From: Promethearchaeati archaeon
GTDB taxonomy: Archaea; Asgardarchaeota; Heimdallarchaeia; JABLTI01
Direction: 5' to 3'
Length of the DNA: 10,339 nucleotides
NCBI GenBank assembly: GCA_013166835.1
Contig: JABLTI010000095.1
Span: forward strand, 1-10,339
The position numbers and the translations under genes are program-made. Numbering within the stretch: the stretch's first letter is position 1; each line of letters begins with the position of its first letter. Positions 1-7,330 of this stretch are shown here, piece by piece. The notes beneath the pieces were generated by a model, which saw only the letters and a program-made list of their open reading frames with translations, searched no databases and was not told the DNA's origin.

Positions 1-555
1 AATTGCTCTTGCAGCCATTTGGACGTATTCAACTAGACAGGCTGTTTTTATCATTAAAATATACAAGTTCTTTTTTTCAACCTGACATTTCTCTGCGAGA
101 TACTGAATCACTTCTTCATTTGGTAATTGATCAGATTCTATACAAAGAATAGCTTTGTCAGTCTCATCTTTGTAATCTAACAATTTATAGATCTTTGATG
201 GTTTTAGAGCTAAAGCTCGTCCAGGTCCACAGGTCATTCCAAAGAAATCGCTTTTGTTTATGTTCCAGCTCGCAGCTTGACAACCCAAGGTAGATAATAC
301 TGGGTAAGAAGTATCTACTTGAACCGTTAGTAGAGAATTATCGTCTGATATTGGAAGTTTTAATTGAACCTTCGCTAAACCGCCTAAACTGATTTTTGAG
401 AATAATAATCCAGCAGAGAAACTCCCTTCGGTGTTTATTCCACAATCAATTATTGTTGCTTCAGCTATTTTTTCAACCTTAACTTTTAGCTTTTCAGCGT
501 GTTCTATCATTTTTTCTACAAATGGTATTGTTTCTTTTGCAAGAGAAATGGTCAT
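1..555 (-). CDS. mch: Methenyltetrahydromethanopterin cyclohydrolase (Mch) family protein, divergent; 3' end runs off the window
   Basis: Not in the ORF track. Manual translation from ATG at 555 is open for 185 codons to base 1: MTISLAKETIPFVEKMIEHAEKLKVKVEKIAEATIIDCGINTEGSFSAGLLFSKISLGGLAKV...TSYPVLSTLGCQAASW...FFGMTCGPGRALALKPSKIY...DYKDETDKAILCIESDQLPNEEV...VQMAARAI. It is colinear with Mch motifs IDCG, AGLLFS..xGGLA, GPxRALALKP and AILCxESxxLP. An SD-like AGGTAGAG lies upstream. Confidence 0.9.
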   Translation of the reverse strand, partial: MTISLAKETIPFVEKMIEHAEKLKVKVEKIAEATIIDCGINTEGSFSAGLLFSKISLGGLAKVQLKLPISDDNSLLTVQVDTSYPVLSTLGCQAASWNINKSDFFGMTCGPGRALALKPSKIYKLLDYKDETDKAILCIESDQLPNEEVIQYLAEKCQVEKKNLYILMIKTACLVEYVQMAARAI

Positions 556-582
556 TTTTACTCTACCTACTAACTTCAAATC

Positions 583-1992
583 TTAATTGTTTTTCAATCC
601 TAGTCCTATACCAGAATATTTGATTCCTTCTTTCAAGAATTTTTCCGGTTCATAAATTCTTCTACCATCAATTAAAATAGGATTTTTCATTGACTTGAAA
701 TCTTTAGGTTCTAGACTCTTAAATTCCGCCCATTCTGTTATGAGCATACAAATATCAGAATCCTTCAAGGCATCCTGTATGGAATTAGCGTAAATTATTT
801 TATCACCAATCCATTGTTCCTTCTTAGCTTCGCTCATCGCTTTCGGGTCGTAGGCAATAATTTTGGCGTTTTTAGATAGTAATTGGTCAACTATCTTGAT
901 TGAAGGAGCACTACGCATATCATCTGTCTCTGGTTTAAAGGAAAGACCTAGAATACAAACCACTTTCCCAGAAAGAGTCTCGAGTTTTTCTTCAGCTAAT
1001 TCAACCATACGTTTCGCTTGATGAGTATTTACATCTATTACACTTTTCAAGATCTTTGGTTCATAATCTACGTCTTTCGCAAATTTCATAATTGCTCGAA
1101 CATCTTTAGGAAAACATGACCCGCCAAAACCAGCACCAGCTCGTAAGAAGCGCGGATTAATTCTGAAATCAAGACCTATGCCTTTCGCAATATTATTGAT
1201 ATCTACACCCTCAATTCGTTCAGAAATATTAGCGAATTCGTTTATGAAAGAAATTTTTGTGGCGAGAAATGAATTATTAGCATACTTTATGCATTCTGCG
1301 GTTTCTAAGGAAAATCGAAGAATTTCAGGACACTGAACTTGCTTGCTATAAATTGCTTCCCAATTTTTTGTATATTCATCTGCTTTTTCACTATAGAGAA
1401 ATCGGAAAATTCCTTCAAGTATTTCTCCCGATTTCTTATCATGTTCACCAATTACAATTCTATCAGGATAAACAGTGTCATGAACGCTTTGCCCCTCACG
1501 TAAAAACTCTGGGCTCATGCATAAACCAAATCCCACACCAGCTTTCATACCTGATTCTTCTTCAATAGTTTTTTTGATGAGATTTCGTGTTGTTCCAGGA
1601 ACAATTGTAGATTTCGCAATTACCAAATGATATTCATTTTTCTCTTTGATTGCACGACCAATATCCCTCGCACTTTGTTCGATGTATTGAAGATCACAGC
1701 TTCCATCTTCTTGAGAGGGAGTGCCAACACAGATAAATGTTACATCACTCGATTTTATAGATTCAGCAATATCAGTAGTAGCTGTTAATGTTTTTTTCTT
1801 GAGAACAACTCTTTGAATTAAGGAGGGAAGATGAGGTTCGAAAAAGAATGTTTCTCCTTTGTTCACTGTATCAACCTTTTCTTGATCAATATCAAGAGTT
1901 ACCACACTAAATCCTTTATCTGCGAATACTGCTGCTGTAATAAGTCCTACAAAACCTGTTCCAGTTATGGTGATTTTTACTTTAGAGTTCAT
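583..1992 (-). CDS. ugd: UDP-glucose/GDP-mannose dehydrogenase family protein (UDP-glucose 6-dehydrogenase, AglM/Ugd-like)
   Basis: Rossmann motif GTGFVG, FICVGTP, AKSTIVPGTT, SPEFLREG, IKYANNSFLATKISFINE, catalytic GFGGSCFPKD (Cys293), GLSFKPETDDMRSAPS and DGRR. Confidence 0.93.
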   Translation of the reverse strand: MNSKVKITITGTGFVGLITAAVFADKGFSVVTLDIDQEKVDTVNKGETFFFEPHLPSLIQRVVLKKKTLTATTDIAESIKSSDVTFICVGTPSQEDGSCDLQYIEQSARDIGRAIKEKNEYHLVIAKSTIVPGTTRNLIKKTIEEESGMKAGVGFGLCMSPEFLREGQSVHDTVYPDRIVIGEHDKKSGEILEGIFRFLYSEKADEYTKNWEAIYSKQVQCPEILRFSLETAECIKYANNSFLATKISFINEFANISERIEGVDINNIAKGIGLDFRINPRFLRAGAGFGGSCFPKDVRAIMKFAKDVDYEPKILKSVIDVNTHQAKRMVELAEEKLETLSGKVVCILGLSFKPETDDMRSAPSIKIVDQLLSKNAKIIAYDPKAMSEAKKEQWIGDKIIYANSIQDALKDSDICMLITEWAEFKSLEPKDFKSMKNPILIDGRRIYEPEKFLKEGIKYSGIGLGLKNN

Positions 1993-2158
1993 TGCAATTC
2001 TCTACTCCGGGAATTTTCATTTTAAATAGCTAAAATTATGATTTTCTTAGGGGGTTCTATTTGTGTTTAATTTGTATCTATATATAGAAAAGCTTTGGGG
2101 ATATACTTGAGAACTTTGTTATGGTATTTTGCAAGTTCTCTTTGGCAGGTCATTTGAA

Positions 2159-2824
2159 ATGAAAGAAGTGAATATTAATTACCCCCTTTCCCAAATCCAA
2201 TACACAAAACCACAACGAAAAAAACTCAAAGAAAGACTGAATTTCGGAATTATGTATCAACACCCACGAATCTATGATTTCACTATCTGGTTAAATGATC
2301 CGAGTGGATTAATACCTAAAACAATAGCTAATAGTATTGAAGGCAATTCCGTTTTAGATTTAGGGTGCGGAACAGCTAGGGTGCAAAACTTTCTACCAAA
2401 AAATGTGCAATATATTGGAATCGATTTAAATGAAGATTTTCTTGTGTTTGCAGACAAGAAAAACAAGGGCATCTTTTACAAGCGAGATGTTACAGGGGAT
2501 CTATCTGATTTAAAAGCCAATACTGTTGTACTGGCTGACATCTTACATCATGTTACCCCAAATCATCAAAAACTAATAGAGAATGCCATAAACTGTGCCC
2601 AGAAAAAAGTCATCATTTCTGCCTGCTATGAAAAAGAGGAGGGTCCTTTTAAACAAATTTCTGAATTTATTGGTAGAAGAATCATTGATAATGACGGATT
2701 AAATGAGCAACGAGAAGGAGCTGGCTGGTTAAAGTTGGATGAGTTATTACAGTTCTTAGTGAATAATGGTGCGACAAATTTCCAAAAAGTGTTGTCCCAC
2801 ATCCATTGTGAAATTAACGTATGA
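2159..2824 (+). CDS. Class I SAM-dependent methyltransferase, substrate unknown
   Basis: Motif I VLDLGCGT, acidic GIDLN, and the ADILHH post-motif. ATG at 2159 (AGGT upstream) is preferred to the TTG at 2129 used by the ORF track. Confidence 0.85.
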   Translation: MKEVNINYPLSQIQYTKPQRKKLKERLNFGIMYQHPRIYDFTIWLNDPSGLIPKTIANSIEGNSVLDLGCGTARVQNFLPKNVQYIGIDLNEDFLVFADKKNKGIFYKRDVTGDLSDLKANTVVLADILHHVTPNHQKLIENAINCAQKKVIISACYEKEEGPFKQISEFIGRRIIDNDGLNEQREGAGWLKLDELLQFLVNNGATNFQKVLSHIHCEINV

Positions 2825-2849
2825 AGCATGAAAGGAGAATCGTAAACAA

Positions 2850-3170
2850 ATGAACGTAAATAGTAGTAAAGTTGAGGTTAGTCTGGAATATAAGCAAACC
2901 TCTCAGATAGAAGAATTAGAAAAGAGTATTGTAGAGAATGGGGATAGTAGTTCGTTAGTTAAGAAACTCGCTGATGTTCATTTTAAAGAAGGAAATTATC
3001 TTAGAGCTTTGAGTTGTTATTTGAAGTTATTATCTTTTGATCCAGAAAATGCTAGAGTCTGGAATAAATTAGCTGTTATTTTTATAAAATTAGAGGAACA
3101 CAAATCAGCCATAGAACTCTCTAGAATTGCTCACAGATTAATTTGTAAGGAAATGAATGATGAGTGTTAA
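2850..3170 (+). CDS. Small tetratricopeptide repeat (TPR) protein, about 2 repeats
   Basis: LADVHFKEGNYLRALSCYLKLLSFDPENARVWNKLAVIFIKLEEHKSAIEL matches the TPR consensus (LA..Y/H...G.Y..A...Y.K.L..DP.N...W..LA). SD AAGGAG lies upstream. Confidence 0.85.
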   Translation: MNVNSSKVEVSLEYKQTSQIEELEKSIVENGDSSSLVKKLADVHFKEGNYLRALSCYLKLLSFDPENARVWNKLAVIFIKLEEHKSAIELSRIAHRLICKEMNDEC

Positions 3171-3287
3171 TTAGTTTTCTTTTAGTAGAGCTTCTCCTTG
3201 TAATTGATCCTCACAAAAGCTATTTTCCGAATGTAAGAAAAGGTAAAAAATAGGGTAATTTGTCAATAATAGGTAGGTGTTACTCCA

Positions 3288-4250
3288 ATGCCTCCTAAAG
3301 ACGATGACCTAAAACTTTTCTCTGATGCAGAAGAAGGAAAAATAGACGAACTTCGATTAGAATTACACAAAGAGGAAAGAAAAACAAGACCTCCACCAGC
3401 TATGTGGAAAATAGTTGTTATTATGATTAGTATTGCATTAGTTTTAGCTGCCCTTGCTATTGGACTTGCTAAAATAATTGACAATGCAGATAGTGGTGGT
3501 ACTAGAGACTTTTCTGATTGGGTAGGAATAATGTTCCTGATACTTTTAGGATTGGCAATCTTTTCAGGTTCAATAATAGGTGCGTGGGGTGGACAAAGAA
3601 ATATACCTATCCGAATTGTATCTCCAGGTGATGCATCAGTTATTGGTACTGGAGTGTTTGTTTCCGGATACGTTATTGAAGATTGTATTGATAACGAAAT
3701 AGAACTAACTATTTACGGAAAAACGAAAGAAGTCATCTATGAGCAAACAATACCAATTAATGAAGATGGTTTATTCTACTCTGAATTATCAGAGGCTTTT
3801 ACTGATATTAAGAAAACCGAGAACGTTTCTCTAGAAGCATGGATTGTTTCCGCTAAATCAACAGAATTAAAATTTGTTAGAAGGAAGAAAAAACTTGATG
3901 AATTAAATGTAAAAAAATATGGTTTAAAGATTGGATCGCTACAATTCTTTCCAATTATCTACAAGGATTTTTCTGATAAAGCAAAAGCTCTTTTCGATCC
4001 TAAAAGAAAAGAAAAAGGATACATTGAGAAAGTTAAGATGGAAGGTGGCAGGACAACAAATATTTTCTTCCCAGAAAAAGATAAAGATGACAAATACGTT
4101 CCCTTTTCCTTTGAGAAAATTGCAGAAATGCGTCAAAATGCTATATATTTTGATATTAAACGAAGGAGAAGAGGATATTATAGTTTAATATTCCTAGCCA
4201 TGGCAATTCTCTTTGCACTCTATCCTTTGATTGATGTATTTCTTTCTTAG
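3288..4250 (+). CDS. Hypothetical membrane protein: two N-terminal TM helices, a large soluble region with a possible Ig-like beta-sandwich, and a C-terminal TM helix
   Basis: Hydrophobic stretches at about aa 42-61, 78-100 and 297-319. IRIVSPGDASVIGTGVFVSGYV resembles the start of Ig-like domains (I.I.SP..G..V...V.V.G). SD AGGTG lies upstream of the ATG. The ORF is 320 aa in an AT-rich genome. Confidence 0.8.
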   Translation: MPPKDDDLKLFSDAEEGKIDELRLELHKEERKTRPPPAMWKIVVIMISIALVLAALAIGLAKIIDNADSGGTRDFSDWVGIMFLILLGLAIFSGSIIGAWGGQRNIPIRIVSPGDASVIGTGVFVSGYVIEDCIDNEIELTIYGKTKEVIYEQTIPINEDGLFYSELSEAFTDIKKTENVSLEAWIVSAKSTELKFVRRKKKLDELNVKKYGLKIGSLQFFPIIYKDFSDKAKALFDPKRKEKGYIEKVKMEGGRTTNIFFPEKDKDDKYVPFSFEKIAEMRQNAIYFDIKRRRRGYYSLIFLAMAILFALYPLIDVFLS

Positions 4251-4262
4251 ACTAGAATGCCT

Positions 4263-4277
4263 AGAAAACTTTATCTT
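4263..4277 (+). promoter_or_regulatory. Putative archaeal BRE/TATA promoter for the serS-led gene run
   Basis: AGAAAACTTTATCTT (purine-rich BRE then TTTAT box) about 40 nt upstream of ATG 4313, with SD GAGGA at 4301-4305. Confidence 0.5.
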
Positions 4278-4312
4278 TAGTTGGTTTTCTTTTAGAAACA
4301 GAGGATGAACAA

Positions 4313-5887
4313 ATGAAGTATAATTTGCAGTTTAGTTTTAAATTGCGAGGAAAATTCCCTCAAAATGCTCCTGAGAAAATCGAAGGATGGTTAGAGGAGC
4401 TAAAACAAATGCTCGAAAAGGGTATAAATGAAAAAGATCTAAAAGAAATCTCTCGAGTTAAAAAGTGGGAGATAACTTCAACTTCTAAAAAAGAAGATGA
4501 ATTTGTTATTTCGGTTTCAAGTGGAGGTGTGCTTCCACCTCATCATGCTTTACTTAGGATGAGAAAGTTTTTCAGTGGAAAGTTTGGAAAAGAATTCAAA
4601 TTAGGGGTTAGTGGGATAGAGATTAAATCTTATAAAATTGATGTTGATATTCCTCGTAAACCGGAAAAAGAATTTTCACTCCCATTTGCTTCATCTATTA
4701 AATTCAGTGATAAAGTAGCAAAAGTCACATTGGATAAAGATATCCCAATTGATTTTATTGAAAAAGGTGCTATTGACCGACTTGTCAAGCTTGTAAGGAA
4801 TAAGGTTCTAGAGGAATTCATTAGGGGTAAAGATGAACACCACCTCGTTATTTGGTCAAGTGAGGAAAAAACACCAAAAGTCAAAACAAATCCAACTGAT
4901 ATCATGATAAAGAATGGTTGGATCCAAAGAACTAATTATCGAAATCAATGGATTTTCGGACCAGCCATAACAGCAGTGACTGAGGCACTAAAGGAAATTA
5001 TGGTTGATGTTTTGTACAAACCACTTGGCTTCAAGAATATGATTTTCCCAAAGGTTGTTCCCTGGGACGTTTGGAAGAAAAGTGGACACCTTTCAGGATT
5101 ATATCAAGGGGGATTTGAGCCTTACTTTGTTTGTACTCCAAAAACACAAGATGCTGAATTTTGGGAAGAAATTGCTGATTATTATCGAATAACTTTGGAT
5201 ATTGAACCGGAAAAAGTCATGGAAAAACTACGACCTCCTATTGGTGGATTAAGTTATGCCCAATGCCCGCCATTCTATTCATATCTTCAAGGAAAAACAA
5301 TTTCAGATGATAGTTTTCCATTATTAATCTATGATTGGTCGGGTCCAACATATAGATATGAAAGTGGAGCAGCACATGGTTTTGAAAGAGTTGATGAACT
5401 TCACAGAATAGAAACCATAGTTATTGGATTCCCTGATCAAGTCAAAAAAGCAGCTCAAGATCTTCGAATAGGTTTTAGGAAGATAATTGGAGATATTTTA
5501 GATTTAGAATATCGGGAAGCTTGGGTTACTCCCTGGTGGATTTCCCAAGAAGGATCAGCTGATCAAGAAAATGGAAAAACTGTTGAATTACCAAAATTCG
5601 ATCAAATTGGCACAATAGATATTGAAATCTATATGCCTTATAGAGGTTCACGAGAATCAAGTGAGTGGCTGGAAACTCAGAATGTTTCAATTTTAGGAAA
5701 CAAATATGCAAAGAGTTTCACAGTGAAATCACAATCAGGAAAAGAATTATGGTCGAATTGTTGTGGTGGAAGCTTTGAACGCTTCATTTCAGCTTTTGTT
5801 GCACAGAAAGGTGTAGATCCGAAAAACTGGCCAGAGAAATTCCTAAAATATATCGATGAGCTCCCCAGTGGACCCACGTTTATGTAA
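4313..5887 (+). CDS. serS: Type-2 (methanogen-type, zinc-dependent) seryl-tRNA synthetase
   Basis: Long mixed alpha/beta N-terminal domain (SGGVLPPHHALLRMRK...GKEFKLGVSGIEI) instead of the coiled-coil arm. Zn ligands in YAQC318PPF, HRIE367 and WSNC483CGGSFERF. Motif 2 SGPTYRYESGAAHGFERVDELHRIE, plus VTPWW, EWLETQNVS and AQKGVDPKNWPE. Confidence 0.93.
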   Translation: MKYNLQFSFKLRGKFPQNAPEKIEGWLEELKQMLEKGINEKDLKEISRVKKWEITSTSKKEDEFVISVSSGGVLPPHHALLRMRKFFSGKFGKEFKLGVSGIEIKSYKIDVDIPRKPEKEFSLPFASSIKFSDKVAKVTLDKDIPIDFIEKGAIDRLVKLVRNKVLEEFIRGKDEHHLVIWSSEEKTPKVKTNPTDIMIKNGWIQRTNYRNQWIFGPAITAVTEALKEIMVDVLYKPLGFKNMIFPKVVPWDVWKKSGHLSGLYQGGFEPYFVCTPKTQDAEFWEEIADYYRITLDIEPEKVMEKLRPPIGGLSYAQCPPFYSYLQGKTISDDSFPLLIYDWSGPTYRYESGAAHGFERVDELHRIETIVIGFPDQVKKAAQDLRIGFRKIIGDILDLEYREAWVTPWWISQEGSADQENGKTVELPKFDQIGTIDIEIYMPYRGSRESSEWLETQNVSILGNKYAKSFTVKSQSGKELWSNCCGGSFERFISAFVAQKGVDPKNWPEKFLKYIDELPSGPTFM

Positions 5888-5912
5888 GAATGATTCTTTG
5901 TAGGTATTTGCT

Positions 5913-6413
5913 ATGACTGATAAGATAAAAGGCTTGAAACTTCTCAAGAAAATAAAACCTACAAAAAGAATATGCATAATGGGTATAGGTAATTATGACC
6001 GCGCAGACGATTATGTTGGAAGTGCAGTCATTGAATCACTTGAACAGAAAACCTTCCCAGAGAATATAAAATTAATCAATGCAGGTCCTGTACCAGAAGC
6101 TGTTACAGCAGTCATTAAACGTTTTGTGCCGGATTATCTTATTATAATTGATGCAGCACAAATGGAAGAGGAGCCTGGAACAATAAGAATTTTTTCTGAG
6201 AAAAATGTTGATTCTGCGTATATGATAACACCGCACAAAGTTTCCATGAAAATGTACACACAATATCTAACTCATTTTCTTACAAAACTGAAAACAATAT
6301 TCATTGGTATTGAACCACAATCTTTGCGATACGATGAAGGTATGACCGAGAATGTGAAATTAAGTGCTGATTTTCTTAGGAAGATGTTGGAAGACAAGTT
6401 TCTGAGGAAGTAA
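5913..6413 (+). CDS. hycI: Hydrogenase maturation endopeptidase, HycI-like (peptidase A31)
   Basis: GIGNYDRADDYVG, NAGPVPE, IIIDAA, PGTIR, TPHK and FIGIEP. The Asp/Asp/His metal ligands are intact. Confidence 0.88.
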   Translation: MTDKIKGLKLLKKIKPTKRICIMGIGNYDRADDYVGSAVIESLEQKTFPENIKLINAGPVPEAVTAVIKRFVPDYLIIIDAAQMEEEPGTIRIFSEKNVDSAYMITPHKVSMKMYTQYLTHFLTKLKTIFIGIEPQSLRYDEGMTENVKLSADFLRKMLEDKFLRK

Positions 6414-6414
6414 A

Positions 6415-7275
6415 GTGGCTCAAGATATAGGTCCTAAAAGAGAGCTTCTAATTGAGTTATTAATTGATAAGATACCAAAAGAACTACATATTCATATTCC
6501 ACACCGTTGGTGGTTTATCGGAGATGTTTTAATTACAACAATTCCTGAAAAGCTCAAACAATATCGGAGTGCGGTTGGTGAAGCATTTCTACAACTCGAA
6601 CCAAAGAGAGCGAGAACAGCTCTTGGAAAAACAGGTCCAACGAGAGGAATTACAAGAGAACCAAGTTTTGATTATTTAGCTGGAGATAAGAACACTGAAA
6701 CAATTCACAAGGAATTAGGTTGTTTCTTCAAATTAGATGCAGCAAAGCTAACCTTTTCTCCCGGCAATCACTTTGAAAGAGAAAGAATGCTGAATGTTGT
6801 GAAAAGTAATGAATTTATTATAGACATGTTTAGTTGTGTTGGCAATTTATCATTACCTCTTGCTGTTCACAAATCTCCAAAGCAAGTCATTGCAGCTGAA
6901 ATTAATTCATTGGCATTCAAATATCTCGAGGAAAACATACAACTCAACAAGGTTTCAAACGTGATGAAAGCAATTGAAGGAGATAATCGAGTTATTTTAA
7001 AAGATTATGAAGGGAAAGCTGATCGAGTTATTGCCGGTTATTTACATAGTGATGAAGAACAAATCAGACAAGCTGTAAGATTATGCAATAATAATAGTAT
7101 TTTCCACTATCATATAGCAATAACTAGGAAGAAAGAAAAGCAAGCAGATGTGATGACGGATATTAAAAGATTGATTGAATCAGAAGGAAGGATTTGTTCA
7201 AGAATGATTCGTAAACGAGTGAAAAAATACGCTCCAGGCGTAGAGCACATCGTTTTAGATATTGAAATTGACTAA
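6415..7275 (+). CDS. taw2: tRNA(Phe) wyosine-pathway aminocarboxypropyltransferase Taw2/TYW2 (Met10+/Trm5 superfamily)
   Basis: TIHKELGCFFKLDAAKLTFSPGNHFERERM, DMFSCVGNLSLPLA, EINSLAFKYLEENIQLNKV, GDNR, ADRVIAGYL (GY as in Taw2 rather than the NLP of Trm5) and VKKYAPGVEH. GTG start 1 nt after the hycI stop. Confidence 0.8.
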   Translation: MAQDIGPKRELLIELLIDKIPKELHIHIPHRWWFIGDVLITTIPEKLKQYRSAVGEAFLQLEPKRARTALGKTGPTRGITREPSFDYLAGDKNTETIHKELGCFFKLDAAKLTFSPGNHFERERMLNVVKSNEFIIDMFSCVGNLSLPLAVHKSPKQVIAAEINSLAFKYLEENIQLNKVSNVMKAIEGDNRVILKDYEGKADRVIAGYLHSDEEQIRQAVRLCNNNSIFHYHIAITRKKEKQADVMTDIKRLIESEGRICSRMIRKRVKKYAPGVEHIVLDIEID

Positions 7276-7330
7276 TGAACAAAATTATATAATATACAAA
7301 TTCTTACGATTAATACTGGAGATATTTTCG

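Noticed and set aside
61-90. Possible frameshift in mch at the T7 run (71-77)
   Set aside because: The frame stays open and colinear with Mch through to base 1 (555 nt = 185 codons).
1353-2025. Plus-strand ORFs 1353..1568 and 1831..2025
   Set aside because: Short antisense shadows of the well-supported ugd gene, with no recognisable motifs.
2272-2829. Minus-strand ORFs 2272..2472 and 2626..2829
   Set aside because: Antisense to the methyltransferase; the Ser/Phe/Asn-rich composition is typical of shadow frames.
2822-2845. Possible selenocysteine or other readthrough of the methyltransferase TGA (would add X-SMKGES), or a mini-ORF MKGES
   Set aside because: No Cys-equivalent motif context and no SECIS-like hairpin seen; the stretch is explained by the SD (AAGGAG) of the TPR gene.
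3263-4188. ORFs 3263..3484 (-), 3931..4188 (+, alternate frame) and 3939..4136 (-)
   Set aside because: They overlap the 320-aa membrane protein gene. The main frame is uninterrupted, so there is no need to invoke frameshifting or overprinting.
4630-6263. Minus-strand ORFs 4630..4905, 5526..5711, 5677..5877 and 6072..6263
   Set aside because: Antisense shadows of serS and hycI.
7262-7330. N-terminal extension of the PUA ORF overlapping taw2
   Set aside because: Family similarity begins later and a GGAG SD precedes TTG 7331; the extension looks like AT-rich intergenic sequence.
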